From positions 184,085,741 through 184,149,740 of the forward strand of contig CM041465.1 in NCBI GenBank assembly GCA_023213395.1: a stretch of 64,000 nt of DNA. The letters are read 5' to 3'. Below are positions 25,860-39,400 of this stretch, piece by piece. The number at the start of each line of letters is the position of its first letter. Positions within the stretch are counted from its first letter, which is position 1. Made by a program: the position numbers and the translations under genes. Origin of the DNA: Cycas panzhihuaensis. Its lineage: Eukaryota > Plantae > Cycadophyta. The notes under the pieces were generated by a model. That model was not told where the DNA came from. It ran no database searches and was given only the letters and a program-made list of their open reading frames with translations.

Positions 25860-27560
25860 TATTTACTTTATTAGTTAAACTTTAATTACTACTGAAGATA
25901 ATTACTCATCACTCAAAAAGGAGTGTCTTACCCTACTCTTTACTACTAGGAAATTACAATAATACTTGTTGGGAAATACTACCCATGCCATCACTTAGTC
26001 AGGTCCTATTTACCTTTTGCTTACTAAGATACATCTTATTAGGCAGGCTCAAAGATGGGCCTTGTTGCTCTTGGAATTTGAATTATAAATGGTGAATCAT
26101 AAGCTAAAGAATGTAATGATTATTGATAAGCAATTAGCCACAACGCCTCTTCCTAACCAAGATAATGAAGTTGTCGATGACATGCTCCTAGATGAGCACA
26201 TCTTTCAATTCAATATTATTTTAGGAGAAAGTGAGTGGCACAAGGATATTTAAGCTTACCTTTAGACCTTGACCTATCCTCCTAATACCTCTTCTAGGAA
26301 AAGATAAGGGTTATAGTGGCCACACATCAAGATGTACTCATCAATGAGGTTGTTTATAAATTCTCCTGTATTAGAGTCTTGTTGAGATTCCTTTCCCATT
26401 CTAAGGTGCCAACTACCCTAATTATATATCATGATTGGATATGTAGTGATCACTTCAATGGCCAATCCATTATTTTGTATAACCTTCAAATGCACTAGTA
26501 CTATCCCACTCTCTTCAAGGATATGCATGATCATGTTAAAAAATGTAATAAGTGTTAATTGTATACCTTCATAATTCATTAATCGACCACCTTACTTAAA
26601 TCCATAATTCCACATTAGCCATTCTCCCAATAAGGCCTCAACCTCATTATGCATATTTATCCCCCATCATTTGGAGGCCACAAGTTCATCTTAACTATCG
26701 TTTAATGCTTTACAAAGTAGAGTAAGATAATTGTATTGATTATAATAATAGGGAAGGTAGTTACCACCTTTATTTTTTAGCATATCATTTGTAAATTTAG
26801 AGTCCTTAATGTCATTATCACCAACAATAGGATCCCATTATGTAATAACCATGTTAATGAGTTGTATAATAAGTTTTATGCTTTATATTAGATGCCATCA
26901 CTATATCATCCCTAAGCTAATGGTAAAATCAAAGTTTTAAATAAAATGTTGGCTGAGATTTTATCCAGGATGATTTCCACTCCCTACCTAGATTAACACA
27001 TGTAACTATTTGATACCTTATGGGCCTATTGTGCTTCTATATAGAATACAATAAGGATGACTCTCTTCTCATTAGTCTATAGCACTGAGGTTGTCCCTCC
27101 TTTAGAGGTGGAGATTCCTTCCCTTTACATATAACTCAAATATTTTATAGATGAAGAATGGTTGAGGTAATCTAAGCTACTTGAGCTTGAGAAAATAGAT
27201 GAAATTCATCTTATAGCCTCCTAGAAAAATCTAATCTCTAAAAATAGAGCCCAAATAGCTTACAATAAGAACCTAAGGCCCAAAATTTAGGGTAGGTAAT
27301 GAGGTGCTTAAATTAGAGTACCTTTATAATAGGCAATGAAAATTTTCCTTTAAATAAGTTAGCCCCTATCATATTATTAAGGATTTAGATAATGGAGTGC
27401 ACCATTTGGCTATGCTTGAAGGTCTCAAGTTCAAAAGAACCATTAATTCATAATACTTATAGAAGTATCATGCTTAAAATGCTAAGTAGTCTTGCTTTAA
27501 AATGAGAGTAAATTACTTATGATCCCCACAACCTTCCCTCTTGAGCCTAGTGCTGGGGGG
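25860..27560 (+). mobile_element. Second, diverged RNaseH-C-terminal + integrase + 3'UTR copy from a related Gypsy
   Basis: Collinear with ~23750-25400: RWALLLLEF, LLDEHIF, W.KDI*AYL, DHFNGQ, YHP*ANG.I..LNK, LEVEIPSL. Ends in ctggggggta (PPT-like). Confidence 0.82.
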
Positions 27561-28094
27561 TAGAGGATCCTTATGCCCTTCCATAACCATGAGATGACTA
27601 AACCTATGGGAAGGACATTATAACTAATAAATTTAAGTGCAATAAGTCAAAGAATAGAACAGAGTACCTAGAAGGACAGACCCTCATAAGAATTAGGGGT
27701 TAAGAAGGGCTTTAGTAGGATATAGGATCTTAAAAGTTTCTCATACTTAGAAATGGCTAATAGAGAATCTAATATGCCTTAAGGATTTGTTTCTTACTAA
27801 ATAAGTTCTTAGATATTTTTTATAAGCAACAAGTCACTTTTCGAGAAGTGTCATATGAACATTAGTTAGTTGGAGTTTCCCAATGATTATAGGTATTCAT
27901 ATGACTCTTCTTGGACATATTCCCTAAGTTACGTTCAATTCCACATCAGGATGGTTGATGCAATTCAAATTTCTATTCCCATCATTATTGGTTATTTTAT
28001 CACATGGACTTGGTTACTAGACAAACTAATTAACCCCAAACCCTTGCTAATTATCATTTTTTAATCTTGGAAATGTTATTAGAAATATAAATAC

Positions 28095-28570
28095 ACTCTG
28101 ATATTATGTTAGAAAATAGAGTATTTATACAATGAAATGTCAGTAACATGAATCATTCATCAAACATATAAAGTAAATATAACATCACCATAAGATCAAA
28201 TATTCATAATATGCATTTATCATATGAGATAGACACTAGGTATGATGTGGAAAATCCAATGAAGAAAAAACCACTAGAGAAGGTGGAGTTGGGAGCTCCT
28301 CTTTGATATTGAAATAAATACAACTCTTAGTCAAAGACCTTTCTCAATGCTTTCTCAAATTCTCAAGTAGTATGTATACACATTTATAATAATGTTCATC
28401 TCATGAATACCCTATTATTTCTCTTAAGTCATTTCATCACCTAATAGCATTTGTACATGAATATATGAGTTATCGCATCTCTCAATGTATGTGAGTGAGA
28501 TTTAACAATAACATTAAACATTAGATAAACATGTATAGAATCACATATTGCAATAAATATCACTTACATT
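28095..28570 (-). mobile_element. LTR fragment with degenerate iMet PBS
   Basis: actctgatatta (28095-28106) is followed by TGTTAG. Reversed GTGG..CCAC LTR motif at 28247-28274. Right end approximate. Confidence 0.5.
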
Positions 28571-30132
28571 TCCTACTACTTCAAAAAAACTTTTAAGAAA
28601 TAATAAACTAACAAAAAAAGAGAAATTTCATTCTCTTTTATTTCCTTTCATTGGTTCTAGTCTTCTTAGAGCCCCTTAGTCCCCTAGCCTACTCTATTAG
28701 ATCACCTTTCTATGGTGAGTCTAAGTGAGTCAACTCCTTTATCTATGTAACATCTTACTTTCTTCAATTTAGCCTTACCTACTTTCAAGTAAACTAGTTT
28801 CACAACCATCTACTAATCTCTCACCTTTATACTTCTTTCTTTTCTTAATTCATCTTATTAAATTCTAGGCAAGTTTTGGTCTCAATTCACTTACATCTGA
28901 AATACTCTAGCATCACCCTTCAACATATCCTACCAACACTTTATTTCTCCAGCCACCTAGTGTCCTAAGTAATCCTTGTTACAGTAGGTCTCCCTAACTT
29001 AACTCGGATCCTTTTTTATATTTTGGCACTCATCACATTCTTCCTTATTAGGTTCTCAAATATATTCTATCAAATATCCCTTTATTTCCCATGATTTGAT
29101 TAGTAGGGACTTAACTTTAGACCCTTTATTACATGTGATTTATTAAAAGGAACTCTTGGTGTGATCTAAAGGGCTTAATACCATATGGGTTGGTCAATCA
29201 TCATCCTAACTTTTAAAACTAATTACTTTTAGCACCTATTGTATTGTAGTAAAAGTCATGTGATGACTATAGTTAACTTGCCCATAAGGATAAGTATGAT
29301 ACTAAATGAAGTATATCATCTATAAAGTAGGTTTAGTAATGCTTACTTTACTATGATCCTTGTCTGAATCATTATATGATATAACTCCTCCTCCCCCTAC
29401 TAAAAAAAAAAAAGAAAAGAAAAGAAAAGAATGTATATATGATGTGTGTGTGTATTCACATATTCTTGGTGTCTACAATAAGTCACATGTCAACTTTGTC
29501 CCCACCTACAGATGTACAATTTGGTTCTAGTCATATGCATCATCTAAAACCTATCAATCTAGTTGCTTAGGCCTACTACAACCTCAATTGTGATCAAAAC
29601 TTATTTAATACTAGGAGAATTTAAATAAGCTAATTTTGGAGGTGTGTACATGATGAGGTAACCACCCCATGTAGCTTACTTCCTTAGAGATTCTACAATA
29701 AAAGTTAACCCATCTAACCTAATATATATCTTTGTCGTTTGATTCTCATACTTTCTCTCTCATTAGTTAGACCATATCTGAGTCACCAAGCCAAATTCTA
29801 ACCAATACTTCATCCTAGAATCAACTAAAACATAATTGAATGCATGGCTATTATAATCACCTTAAGTAATACCTTGTAGTTTCACATTAGTCTAATTAAC
29901 CTAGTCTCCAACTCACAAATTATTATATACCAGCTTACTTAAGTTTATTAATCTTACTTTCCTTGCTTATGCACCCTCCTAGCCACAAGTATATCATATT
30001 TGTCTTGCTTCTCTTCTATCTTGATCTAATGCATTTCATGTAATCAAAATATTAAAGCCATCTCATTCATATCTCACATCCTTGATCACCATCACCCTTA
30101 ACTTTAACATGCCTTGGCTGGGGCCAATCCAC

Positions 30133-30440
30133 ACTCTACGATGAGTATAAACTAGTTGTGCACTTTATAATAAATATAAACTAATTGCATACTCTATTAT
30201 GAGTATAAATTAGCTAAACACTCTGCAATTAGTATAAACTAACCAAACACTCTACAAGCAGTATAAACTAGTTGCTTCTTCCCCCTAAGACTCACACTCA
30301 GGGGTACCTCACCTCCATAATGAAAATAAACTACACTTTTGAACACCTAACTTCTAAAAAGCCTAAACTATAATAGGTCCCATCATACACTCTATGATAA
30401 GTATAAATTAGTTGAACATTTCATAATAATTATAAATTAC
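30133..30440 (+). repeat. 29-bp minisatellite (5 units, then 2 more after a gap)
   Basis: Unit ~actctacgatgagtataaactagttgtgc, starting at 30133, 30162, 30191, 30220 and 30249, then 30389 and 30418. Confidence 0.85.
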
Positions 30441-31694
30441 ATATGCATATCATATCTAAAAATCTTAAAAATATATATACTCAAATTCTAAAAATATACA
30501 TTCCAATATTATTATAAACTACCCATGAATCATTGGGCACTAATGAGGTTAAACTATGGTGGCCTAAACACATGACACAATTTCATGACATACAAATCTA
30601 TTTAACAAGTTTCAAGATGTATTTCAGGCTTCGTACTTCCACAGACTTGAGGGCTCTAAATAGCCATTGAAGAGGTTAAGCAATGATAACCACCTTTCCA
30701 AAATTTTCAAATACTAATGAGGTAAAACTAAGGTGTTATGATGATCCAATACAAAGTCCATTATATGCAGAGCTCTCTTCTCATATCCAAACTATATTAT
30801 ATCTCTAAACACCAAGCACTACTAAGGCAAAACTATGTTAGGCATGTTCTCCTCTTATTCTAACAAGTGACTAACTCCTACATTAGCTAAAATTTCATGA
30901 TGTATATAGCCTTTAGCCTCAATTCCATGGTTTAGATGTTTAAAAATCCAAAAAGTACACCAAAAAATAAAAAATACAAAAAACTATAAAATCTAATTTT
31001 ATCTTTCTCATAATTACATAACAACTTTTTAGGTAAGTAAAATGCCTCTCTTCATACCAAAGGCCTTTCTATAGCTTCACTCATCCTACCCCTAGTTATT
31101 AGATTTTATCTTCTCTAATTGACCTAAAAGACAACATAGGTAGCCTAAGTTCTAGGACAACTTCTTTTAAGCAAGGTTGACAATGTTCACTATCTTACTC
31201 CAACTTATTTGCAAAGCTTCCATCCTTAAGGAGATAAATATTTTAGTTTGCTTTGCCTCCTTTTGCAACACCAAGTTTGATTCCTTATCTTATTCAATGA
31301 TGTTGATCAATTTAGCTATTATTTTAATTATTGGTTGCCTATTATGATGCTTTATTGAATGTCCTTAATATGTGATTATGGCTTTTATTTATCTTGCCTA
31401 TGATGTTAGATCTCTATGTATGAATATTATATATTGCCCTTAAGTCCACTATACATTTTTCCTTTAAGTTTTACAACTTTATAAGTAAGGATTATTTCAT
31501 TTATTATATCATCATTATTTCATTTTTCCCTCCCTAATTAATCTTTTTTTTTATAGATTTTTATGAGCTTTTTTTCTAGTTTTTTAATGAAAAATATGGC
31601 TCACATTTTTAGGCCTTTTAAATCACATTTTTATTATATTTAAACTACATTTTTTAAATTAATTAGTGGACTTCATAAATTAGTAACTATATTT

Positions 31695-34600
31695 TGTAGA
31701 AAAATATAACGCTAACCATGTATAATAACATAAATAAAGAGATCACATAATCATGTACTATGAAAGTATGTAAACAAAATTAGTGGAAGAATGTACATCC
31801 CTTAAGGGTTTTGCATTAATGATAAATACATATATAGTAACAGTGCCCTCTTTATAGCCCAATCACAATAGTAAGTCTCTATCATAACCTATGAACCAAT
31901 AACATGACTCTTAATGTTACCCATGTATTAAAAGTACCTCAAACATGTGCATCCCCTAGTTAACACAAGGGATAGTAATAACATAAATTTAATATTACAT
32001 CTTAATAATTTCCCCCATAAGATTTAATTCATGTCACCAATCAAAGACTATTAGTGGAATAGTATAAATTCTTCATTAGACTATAGCTTATTCACTAACT
32101 TACTATAGATTTACCTAACATATCACACTATAAATAAAAAGTGACCTAAACCCATAAAAATATGTAAACCATTAATAATTGCTACAAAGCCAATGGGGCA
32201 ATTTGACTCGTGTACATTACTCCTAATATAATTTATAGGTCTTTATCTTCTCTTACAAAGTGCACTTCCCTTGTATATATATATCTTTTACTCTAAACTT
32301 GAGCAAAGAACATAGGCTATTCAACAACAACTCACTCACAAGTATTACAAATAGCCATTGTAGCCATCAAAAATATTTATAAACATGAACATATAACTTG
32401 GTCCATTTAAAACATACTTGCATTATAATATGATAAATTTTAACACATTAACCATGCATAACTTACAAGTTTTCTTCACCTCTCAAAAGCCTATGATAGA
32501 GTTTCATGGGACTGCTTATTGGATTGCCTCGAAGCTTTTGGTTTTAGAGAAATATGGAGGGAGTGGATGAACCTATGCATATCCAAGCCCCAATATTATG
32601 TTATTATTAATGGTATCTTAATGAGGTTCTTCTCGGGATTTAGAGGCCTGAAGTAAGGAGACTCCTTTTCTCCTTATCTATTTATAATTATGGTTAAATT
32701 ACTAGGAAGAGCCACAAAGGAGCATAGAAGAGCAGGGGTAATTAATGGGATAAAGCCCACTTCTTGTAATGATAATATGGTGCATCACTGATTTGTCGAT
32801 GATAACATTTTCCTAGGAAAGGCAACCTTAGGGGAAGCCTGTAAATTCAAAGAAGGGTTGGAGAATATTGAGAAGGCTACAAACCAAAAGATAAACCTTA
32901 ACAAAAGTAGTGTATTCTTCATGAATACTTTGGAGTGTACTCAGAGGAGGATTAGTAGAATCCTTAATATGCCTACCCACAAGCTCCCTACCTCATACTT
33001 TGGTATGCTCTTATTTGTGGATAAAATAACAAAGCAGTTATGGAACCCTATCATAAATAGGGTGCAGAGAAAGCTGGCTTGCTAGAAAGGAGCTCTTCTA
33101 AGTTAGGTCGAGAAGGTCCAACTAGCTACTGCCTCCCTTCAAAGTATTCATGTTTATCCAATGTCCATCTTTAGAATGCTTAACTAGATTATAACAATTA
33201 TAGAATCTATTCAGAAGAGATTTCTCTGGTCCAGGATGGAGGAGAAGGATAGAATTCATTTGGTGGGTTGGCAGAAAGTTTGTCTCCTAAAATGGGCTAG
33301 AGGCCTAAATCTTTGGAGATTATCTCTTTTCAATGAGTCTTTGGTTGTGAAACTAGGTTAGTGTCTGGCCAAAAGAAAAGGTGGATTATGGAACAGACTA
33401 TTGACACAAAAGTATCTTTAAGAGGGAAAATTTTTAAAGAGCTTGACCCCTCTTAGGATCCTTAATTTGGAGGAGCATCCTGAAATCTAGAGGTATGCTA
33501 GAGGCAGGGGTGCATAGGATATTAGGAGATGGTAATACCATTAGCTTTTGGGAGGATGTTTGGTGTGGAAACATACAGCTAAATAGCCATCCTAAATTAG
33601 CCCCATTGCAGCCCCTATGTGAGAGGAACTACAGAAAAAAAAGTAAAAGATTATTAAGTAGAGAGTGGTAGGAATAAAAAATGGAGGAGTTTTGAGGATT
33701 TGTAGGGGGAGATAGCCTCCTAGGAAAGGTTAGAGGCCTTAAAGGAGGAGATCAAGCGATGTTATATACCAAAGAGGGCAGAAGCAGATTCCATGGTATG
33801 ACCCTCATCCCCCTCAGGTGATTACTCAGTAAAGTAGGAATATCATTTTCTTTACCTTAAAAAGGGATATCAAAGGGACCCGATCTTAGAAGAAGTGTGG
33901 ACACTTAGGCTTCTTAGATCATAGTTTAGTGGACATGTTTGAAAAATAAATCCTCACGGTGGATAACCTAAAGAAGAGAGGTTTTGTAATGCCAAACTAG
34001 TGTATCCTCTATCGAGTAGAGGAGGAATCAGAAGATTATATCTTCCTCCATTATGCTTTCTTGAGGAAAGTGTGGAGACTAGTTTTGGACCTTTTTGAGG
34101 TATAATAAGTACATCCTAGGAATCTAGTGGATTAGTGGACAACCTAGCATAGAACTTTCAAGTGTAAAACCCTAACTAACATTAGGCGTCTCTCCTTATT
34201 GGTGATGATATGGAACTTGTAGAAGGAGAGGAATAGAAGGGTCTTTCAAGACAGAAAATTGGAGGAATATAAATTCTTTAACATCATTTATTTAGAGTTG
34301 GAGGAGATTATAAAACCCAAAGATGAGAAGCAAATCACAATTCTAGAGGGAGTTATGTTGGGAAAATGGGGAATAAGTCTTAGAGTTCAAGGGGAGGAAA
34401 GAAGAGTTTGTTCCTAGATCCCCTCCAGAGGATCCCTGGGTTAAAATAAATTTTAATGGGGCTTCAAAAGGTAACCCAAGAGAAGCTGAGGGGGGGTATT
34501 TATAAAGACTCTAGAGGGGAGGTCAAGTGGGCTTTTGTTGAGTATTATGGTCAGCAGACAAATCACAAGGCAAAAAAGGCAACTATGTAGAGAGTAATGG

Positions 34601-36843
34601 ACATGGCCTTAATGAGGGGCTATGATAAGATTATCCTAGAAGGGGACTCTGTAAATGTGATAATTCTTCTTGAAGGCTCATGCGATCTAGAGTGGAGAAC
34701 TCAAACCTTGATCATAGATATCAAAGAAGCCTCAAAAGAAGTTCCTAATATCCATTTTAGACACACATATAGAAAAGATAATAAGGTGGCAGATAAGATG
34801 GCTAACTTGGGTGTTAATCATAAAGGGCTCACTTTTTGGAGAGAGAATATCTTGGAGGAAATTATGAGACTAGTTAAGGAGGAGTAGGCCTGAAAAGGCA
34901 ATTGAGCTAGCCATAAGGCTTGTCATGGCAAGGTGGGTTTTGGAATCTTTTAGGTTTAGCTAGGTTATGGGCTTGTCATGCCCATTTATTTTCCTTGGCC
35001 AAGAGGCAGATGATGTAAAAGGTTTGGGGTCCCTTTAAAACCCCTATCATTCTTTAACCTAATCAATAAAAAAAATAAAACTCACAAGCTTTCATCAAAA
35101 CTATATTAAACATATATAGATTGAACCATTCTTAAACTTTCACTCAAAAATAACCATCTTTAAATGCTTTACCATGAAAGCATCCAGTTCTTTGATTAAA
35201 ATCTCCTTCACAAAAAACTTAAAATAAGTCATGCAGCCACTCATTTCAACAATGTTAAAGTAAGGAATCCAACAAAATAGATGACACTTCAATATGGCAT
35301 CTTAGTGAAAAGTTGTGGAGAAAATACTACCACTAGGTCATTAAAAAAAAAGTGGGTAAAAAATAAGGTTGGCCCCCTTAATTAAGTCCTTTGATCACAT
35401 CGTAAATACCATATGACCACTATGAGGAATCTAAAGACTTCACACCACATAAAAAATATTTAATATCTCAACATAATATTTTAAAATATTATAAGATAAA
35501 AATTCCATTCATCTTTTTCGTGTAAACTATGTAGGATGTAATTGATTGTTGATGGCTCCTATAAATAAATCAAGTCATTCTAATAACTAATAGGGGTAGA
35601 AAAACATCAATGGATGCTTTCCATAGTAATTAAACTCCCCCATAAATTGTTGCATCATTGTAGGAAGGTTGGAGAAGCACCTAATAATGTTTAAAATTGC
35701 CCAACAAACTACAAAACCCTATGACTACCTCAATACATGAATATGCTAGAAAAGGAGTTATTCACCATGCCTATAACTGATGTAAACATGCCCAATAAAG
35801 CCACCAAACACTCAATTAGGCATCCAATAGTTGGGTGCACAATACAACAAGCAGGTAGATCACAAAACCAGTGGTCAATAATGGCTAGTGAATAAGTTCT
35901 ACAATGAAATAATCCATATGAGCAGCCCAACAACATGTAGCTTTAATTATTTGGATTTACACCTCCATATTCTACTCCAGATCATAAATGGAGGGATTTT
36001 CATCAATTTCTCTTAGTTGCACCATATCTACATTACTCAACATACCCAAAATAAGGACACTCTTATGCATAGACTAATAATTGTTGAACTAGATGAATAG
36101 GGATCCCTTCATAGTAGTAGCCTCTCACTAGTAAGATTTCTTGAATGATTTGGCATGCTTTAAGTCCCCAAGAACTCATTATTCTTTAATGTGCAACATC
36201 CTTACTTAATACCCTCCCATGTTGGCAAACCTCAGTAGTTACATAAGAACATCTCCACTATCTTCACCAACTGCTTACCCTTTAACTAAAGAACATCATT
36301 TCACATGCAACAAGGGTCCTCATCTTATACATAAATAGGGGTCCACAAGCATCACAATGGCTTCAACTCCAAGGCTCCCCCATAATTGAATGCTCTTCAT
36401 ATCTAACAATATACTGCTAGGCATAATAATAATACATGCCTAAAAAATAGGCTTCAAACCAATAACATAATTTTAAAATCTCTAAACATATAAGCTCATT
36501 ATACATCAAATCATATGGCTCTAATACCACATATAGAAAAGTATAAAACTAACCATACATAACAACATAAATAAATAGAATACAAAATCATGTACTATGA
36601 AAGCATGCAAATAAAATTAGTGAAATAATGTACATCCCTCAAGGTTTTACAATAATGATAAGTACATATATAATAATAATGACCTATTTATGAACTAATC
36701 ATAATAGTGAGCCTTTGTCACAACTTATAAACTAATAGCACAACTCTTAATGTTGCCAACTTATTAAGAGTGCCTTAAACATGTGAATCCCCCATTCGAC
36801 ATAAGGTATAGTAATAACATGAATTTAATATTACATCCCAACA
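31695..36843 (-). mobile_element. Old internally deleted Copia-like LTR element carrying a nested LINE
   Basis: LTRs 31695-32007 and 36532-36843 (~312 bp, roughly 80% identical). TSD TATTT at 31690-31694 and 36844-36848. PBS gctctaatacca at 36518-36529; PPT complement atttccccc at 32008-32016. About 2.5 kb without the LINE. Confidence 0.85.
32479..35078 (+). mobile_element. 5'-truncated L1-clade LINE with C-terminal RNase H-like domain
   Basis: KAYDRV, RGLK*GD.FSPYLF, FVDD, KINLNKS, zf-RVT-like region, then KINFNGASKGNP / ILEGDS / HTYRKDNKVADKMAN. A-rich tail at 35061-35080. Degenerate 19-bp TSD aacttacaagttttcttca (32460-32478) / aactcacaagctttcatca (35079-35097). Confidence 0.92.
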
Positions 36844-37099
36844 TATTTTACATGTTGTCAAATCACATTTTTAATATACTTAAATTACATTCTTCACTTT
36901 GCTTGATTATGTTTTGCATATATTTAAATCATGTTTTTTAAAGTGATTTATGAATCCCTAAAAAATTGTTCATTACATTTTTAGTATTGTAAAATGACAA
37001 TTTTAATATACATAAAGAGCAATTTCCATTCAACTTGATCATGTTTTATGTGTAATATCGCATTTTTAATGAATAGTGAAAAACATAACTATACTCATA

Positions 37100-39400
37100 A
37101 AATGCAAGATTTTCTAACTAGATGCATTTTTTTTAATGCCAAAACATAATAGCCAAAAATGCTAGAACCTGTTTTTGAAAATTAAAAAAAGAACATGTTC
37201 AAATTGTGTTTTTCTTATAAGACCATATTTTTCACATATCAAGCCCGTGTTTTCTTTGTATTACCATACTTTTTAGTAGTAAGGGCAAAAAAAGAAAAAT
37301 TAAATTTCAAGATATTCTAATTTTTCCCCTAACTCACGTAATTTTTTACAAAACCATAGGCCTTTTCAACCTATGTGGATATATGGTTTTGCTCAAAACC
37401 TCCCTTCATCAAATTCTATATATAGAAGTTCCTTTTTTAGGAAAAAAGAAAGAGAAAGTTTATAGTAAGGAGTCATTGTCAAATTCTAGAGTCACATTGA
37501 GAAAGAGAGCTCTTCATCTTGGGAAAATCTACTAGGAGGTTTCTACTTAGGCTTCTTTTTAAGGATTTAGGGATTTAGTATACTCCCACATAAATCTATA
37601 ACCCCCTTTTAGGGCAAGATTCACCCTCTATCATACATTCTTCCCTTTGATTTGGTGATTTTCTCTCATCTGCTCTTTGGTTTCTCCTTCAATTCTACAC
37701 TTCTCATATTTTGGGTCACTTAGAGGATTAATTACAGGCATCTAGGCATGAATTTAAGGCACTTCACCTTCCTTTTTTACAAATTTAATGGTATATTATT
37801 GTTAAACTTGAATAAATTACTTATTTAATGTTGAATTTATGCTTTATTTACATGATAAATTATAATTCTCATTAGATCTAAAGTGGTAATATCACAATAT
37901 AGTAAATGCTAAATTAATTAAACTCTTAATTCGAGATTTGCATAGGTTTCTTTAAGCTATCTTATTCTACTTCAAGTTATATTCCATTTTTAGGTTGAGT
38001 CCATACTCATAACCTAGGGAAAACTTGATAAATATCTTTGAGGTCTCAAATCCATTCCCATAGGATGTTGAGCCCTTTTTACTCATTTTTTCTATCAAAT
38101 TTCCCTAGGCACAATAGAAATATTGTCAAAACTTTGATAGAAAGTATGTGGCATCCTTTTGCTTAATCAAAGTTTGAATTACTTGATAGAGGTTTGTTGC
38201 TTTGATTTTGTTAAAGCAAAAATGTTGCCTTGAAGTGGGGATTCATTGAGATTAAGATTATACTTTTTGTTGTTAAAGAGGAGTGGATAAAGATGCATGC
38301 CTTCTTTTCCTCATCCCTCCTTATAAATTAAGTTTATGTCCATATAGTTCTTTTTATTTTAATTAGTAAAACAGAGAGAAAAAAGTGAAAGAACTTAGTT
38401 GCAATGCTTCTCTTTATGCCTTCCCCTCTTCTTGCATGTTCTATGCTTTAATATGATTTTATCTAATGAGGAAAGAGAAAGAGATAACATCAGTAAGTGC
38501 TTAGTCTCTATTTTCTTATATTCACCTCTAACTAACTAACATAAAAGATAAATGGGTAAAGGAATTTATATTATAGGGTTACCAGGAGAAATCTAAGAGA
38601 AATTAAAGCACTCATCTATCTAACTCTTGTGTATGCATGTTGGTTGGTTTTATTTTTTATTAGTTAAATAGAAAAGAGAAGCAGAAAAAGATAAATGAAT
38701 CATTTAAAATACATGAAGGTGTGTGATTAATTATTATATTGGTTTCTTATATTTTCTTAGCTTAAGCTCTTTATTGACTGCATAAAATAAAAAAACATTT
38801 TAGTTTGCATCTAGGTGTTTATTGTTTGTTATTTCCCCATAAGTGAGGCCCAATCTACTTTTGAGGGAAGTGGATAAGATTGAACCTAATCCTTGATGGA
38901 TAGGCTCACCCTTTCTAGTAAATAAATACTCTTGCCATATTCTGAATAGTGAAGTGATGAGAAGCTATCTCAATTGTATGTGGTTGGGAGAGTTAAGGGA
39001 TCATTATAGTTTCTATTGAGAGTGGTTTTTCTTCTCTCTTATTCACCCCCTTAGGCTACTAAGTTCAACTAAATTGAATGTGAGCACCCTCAGACCCTCC
39101 ACATTCACATGTAGAGTATTACTTGATAAGGGAATCCCTAGCAGTTGACCCTAAATAAAGTTGTAATCTAGAGAGATCACTTAAGCCTTTCTCCTAATCA
39201 ATCCTCTTGATCTTTAATTAGTTTGGTATAATTTTGTCTCTTTTTTAGTAGAGTTAGTATAGGTCTTATTCTTAGGGGGCAAGGTGTAGATCTTAGGAGA
39301 GCTTATGTATGTCCTCATCTGGGACCAGTGCCCTAATGACCCTCCCACTTATGAGAGTTTATTATTTGTTGTTTACTTCCTTAAAGAGGATTTGATAGAG
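37100..39400 (+). mobile_element. Diverged long LTR-like segment homologous to 10900-13150
   Basis: Collinear matching blocks, e.g. tagaaatactgccaaaattttgataga (~11896) vs tagaaatattgtcaaaactttgataga (~38115). Also aaaaccat..tatggtttt (~10980 vs ~37350) and gtagagtat..gttgac..taatctag (~12858 vs ~39110). Confidence 0.6.
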
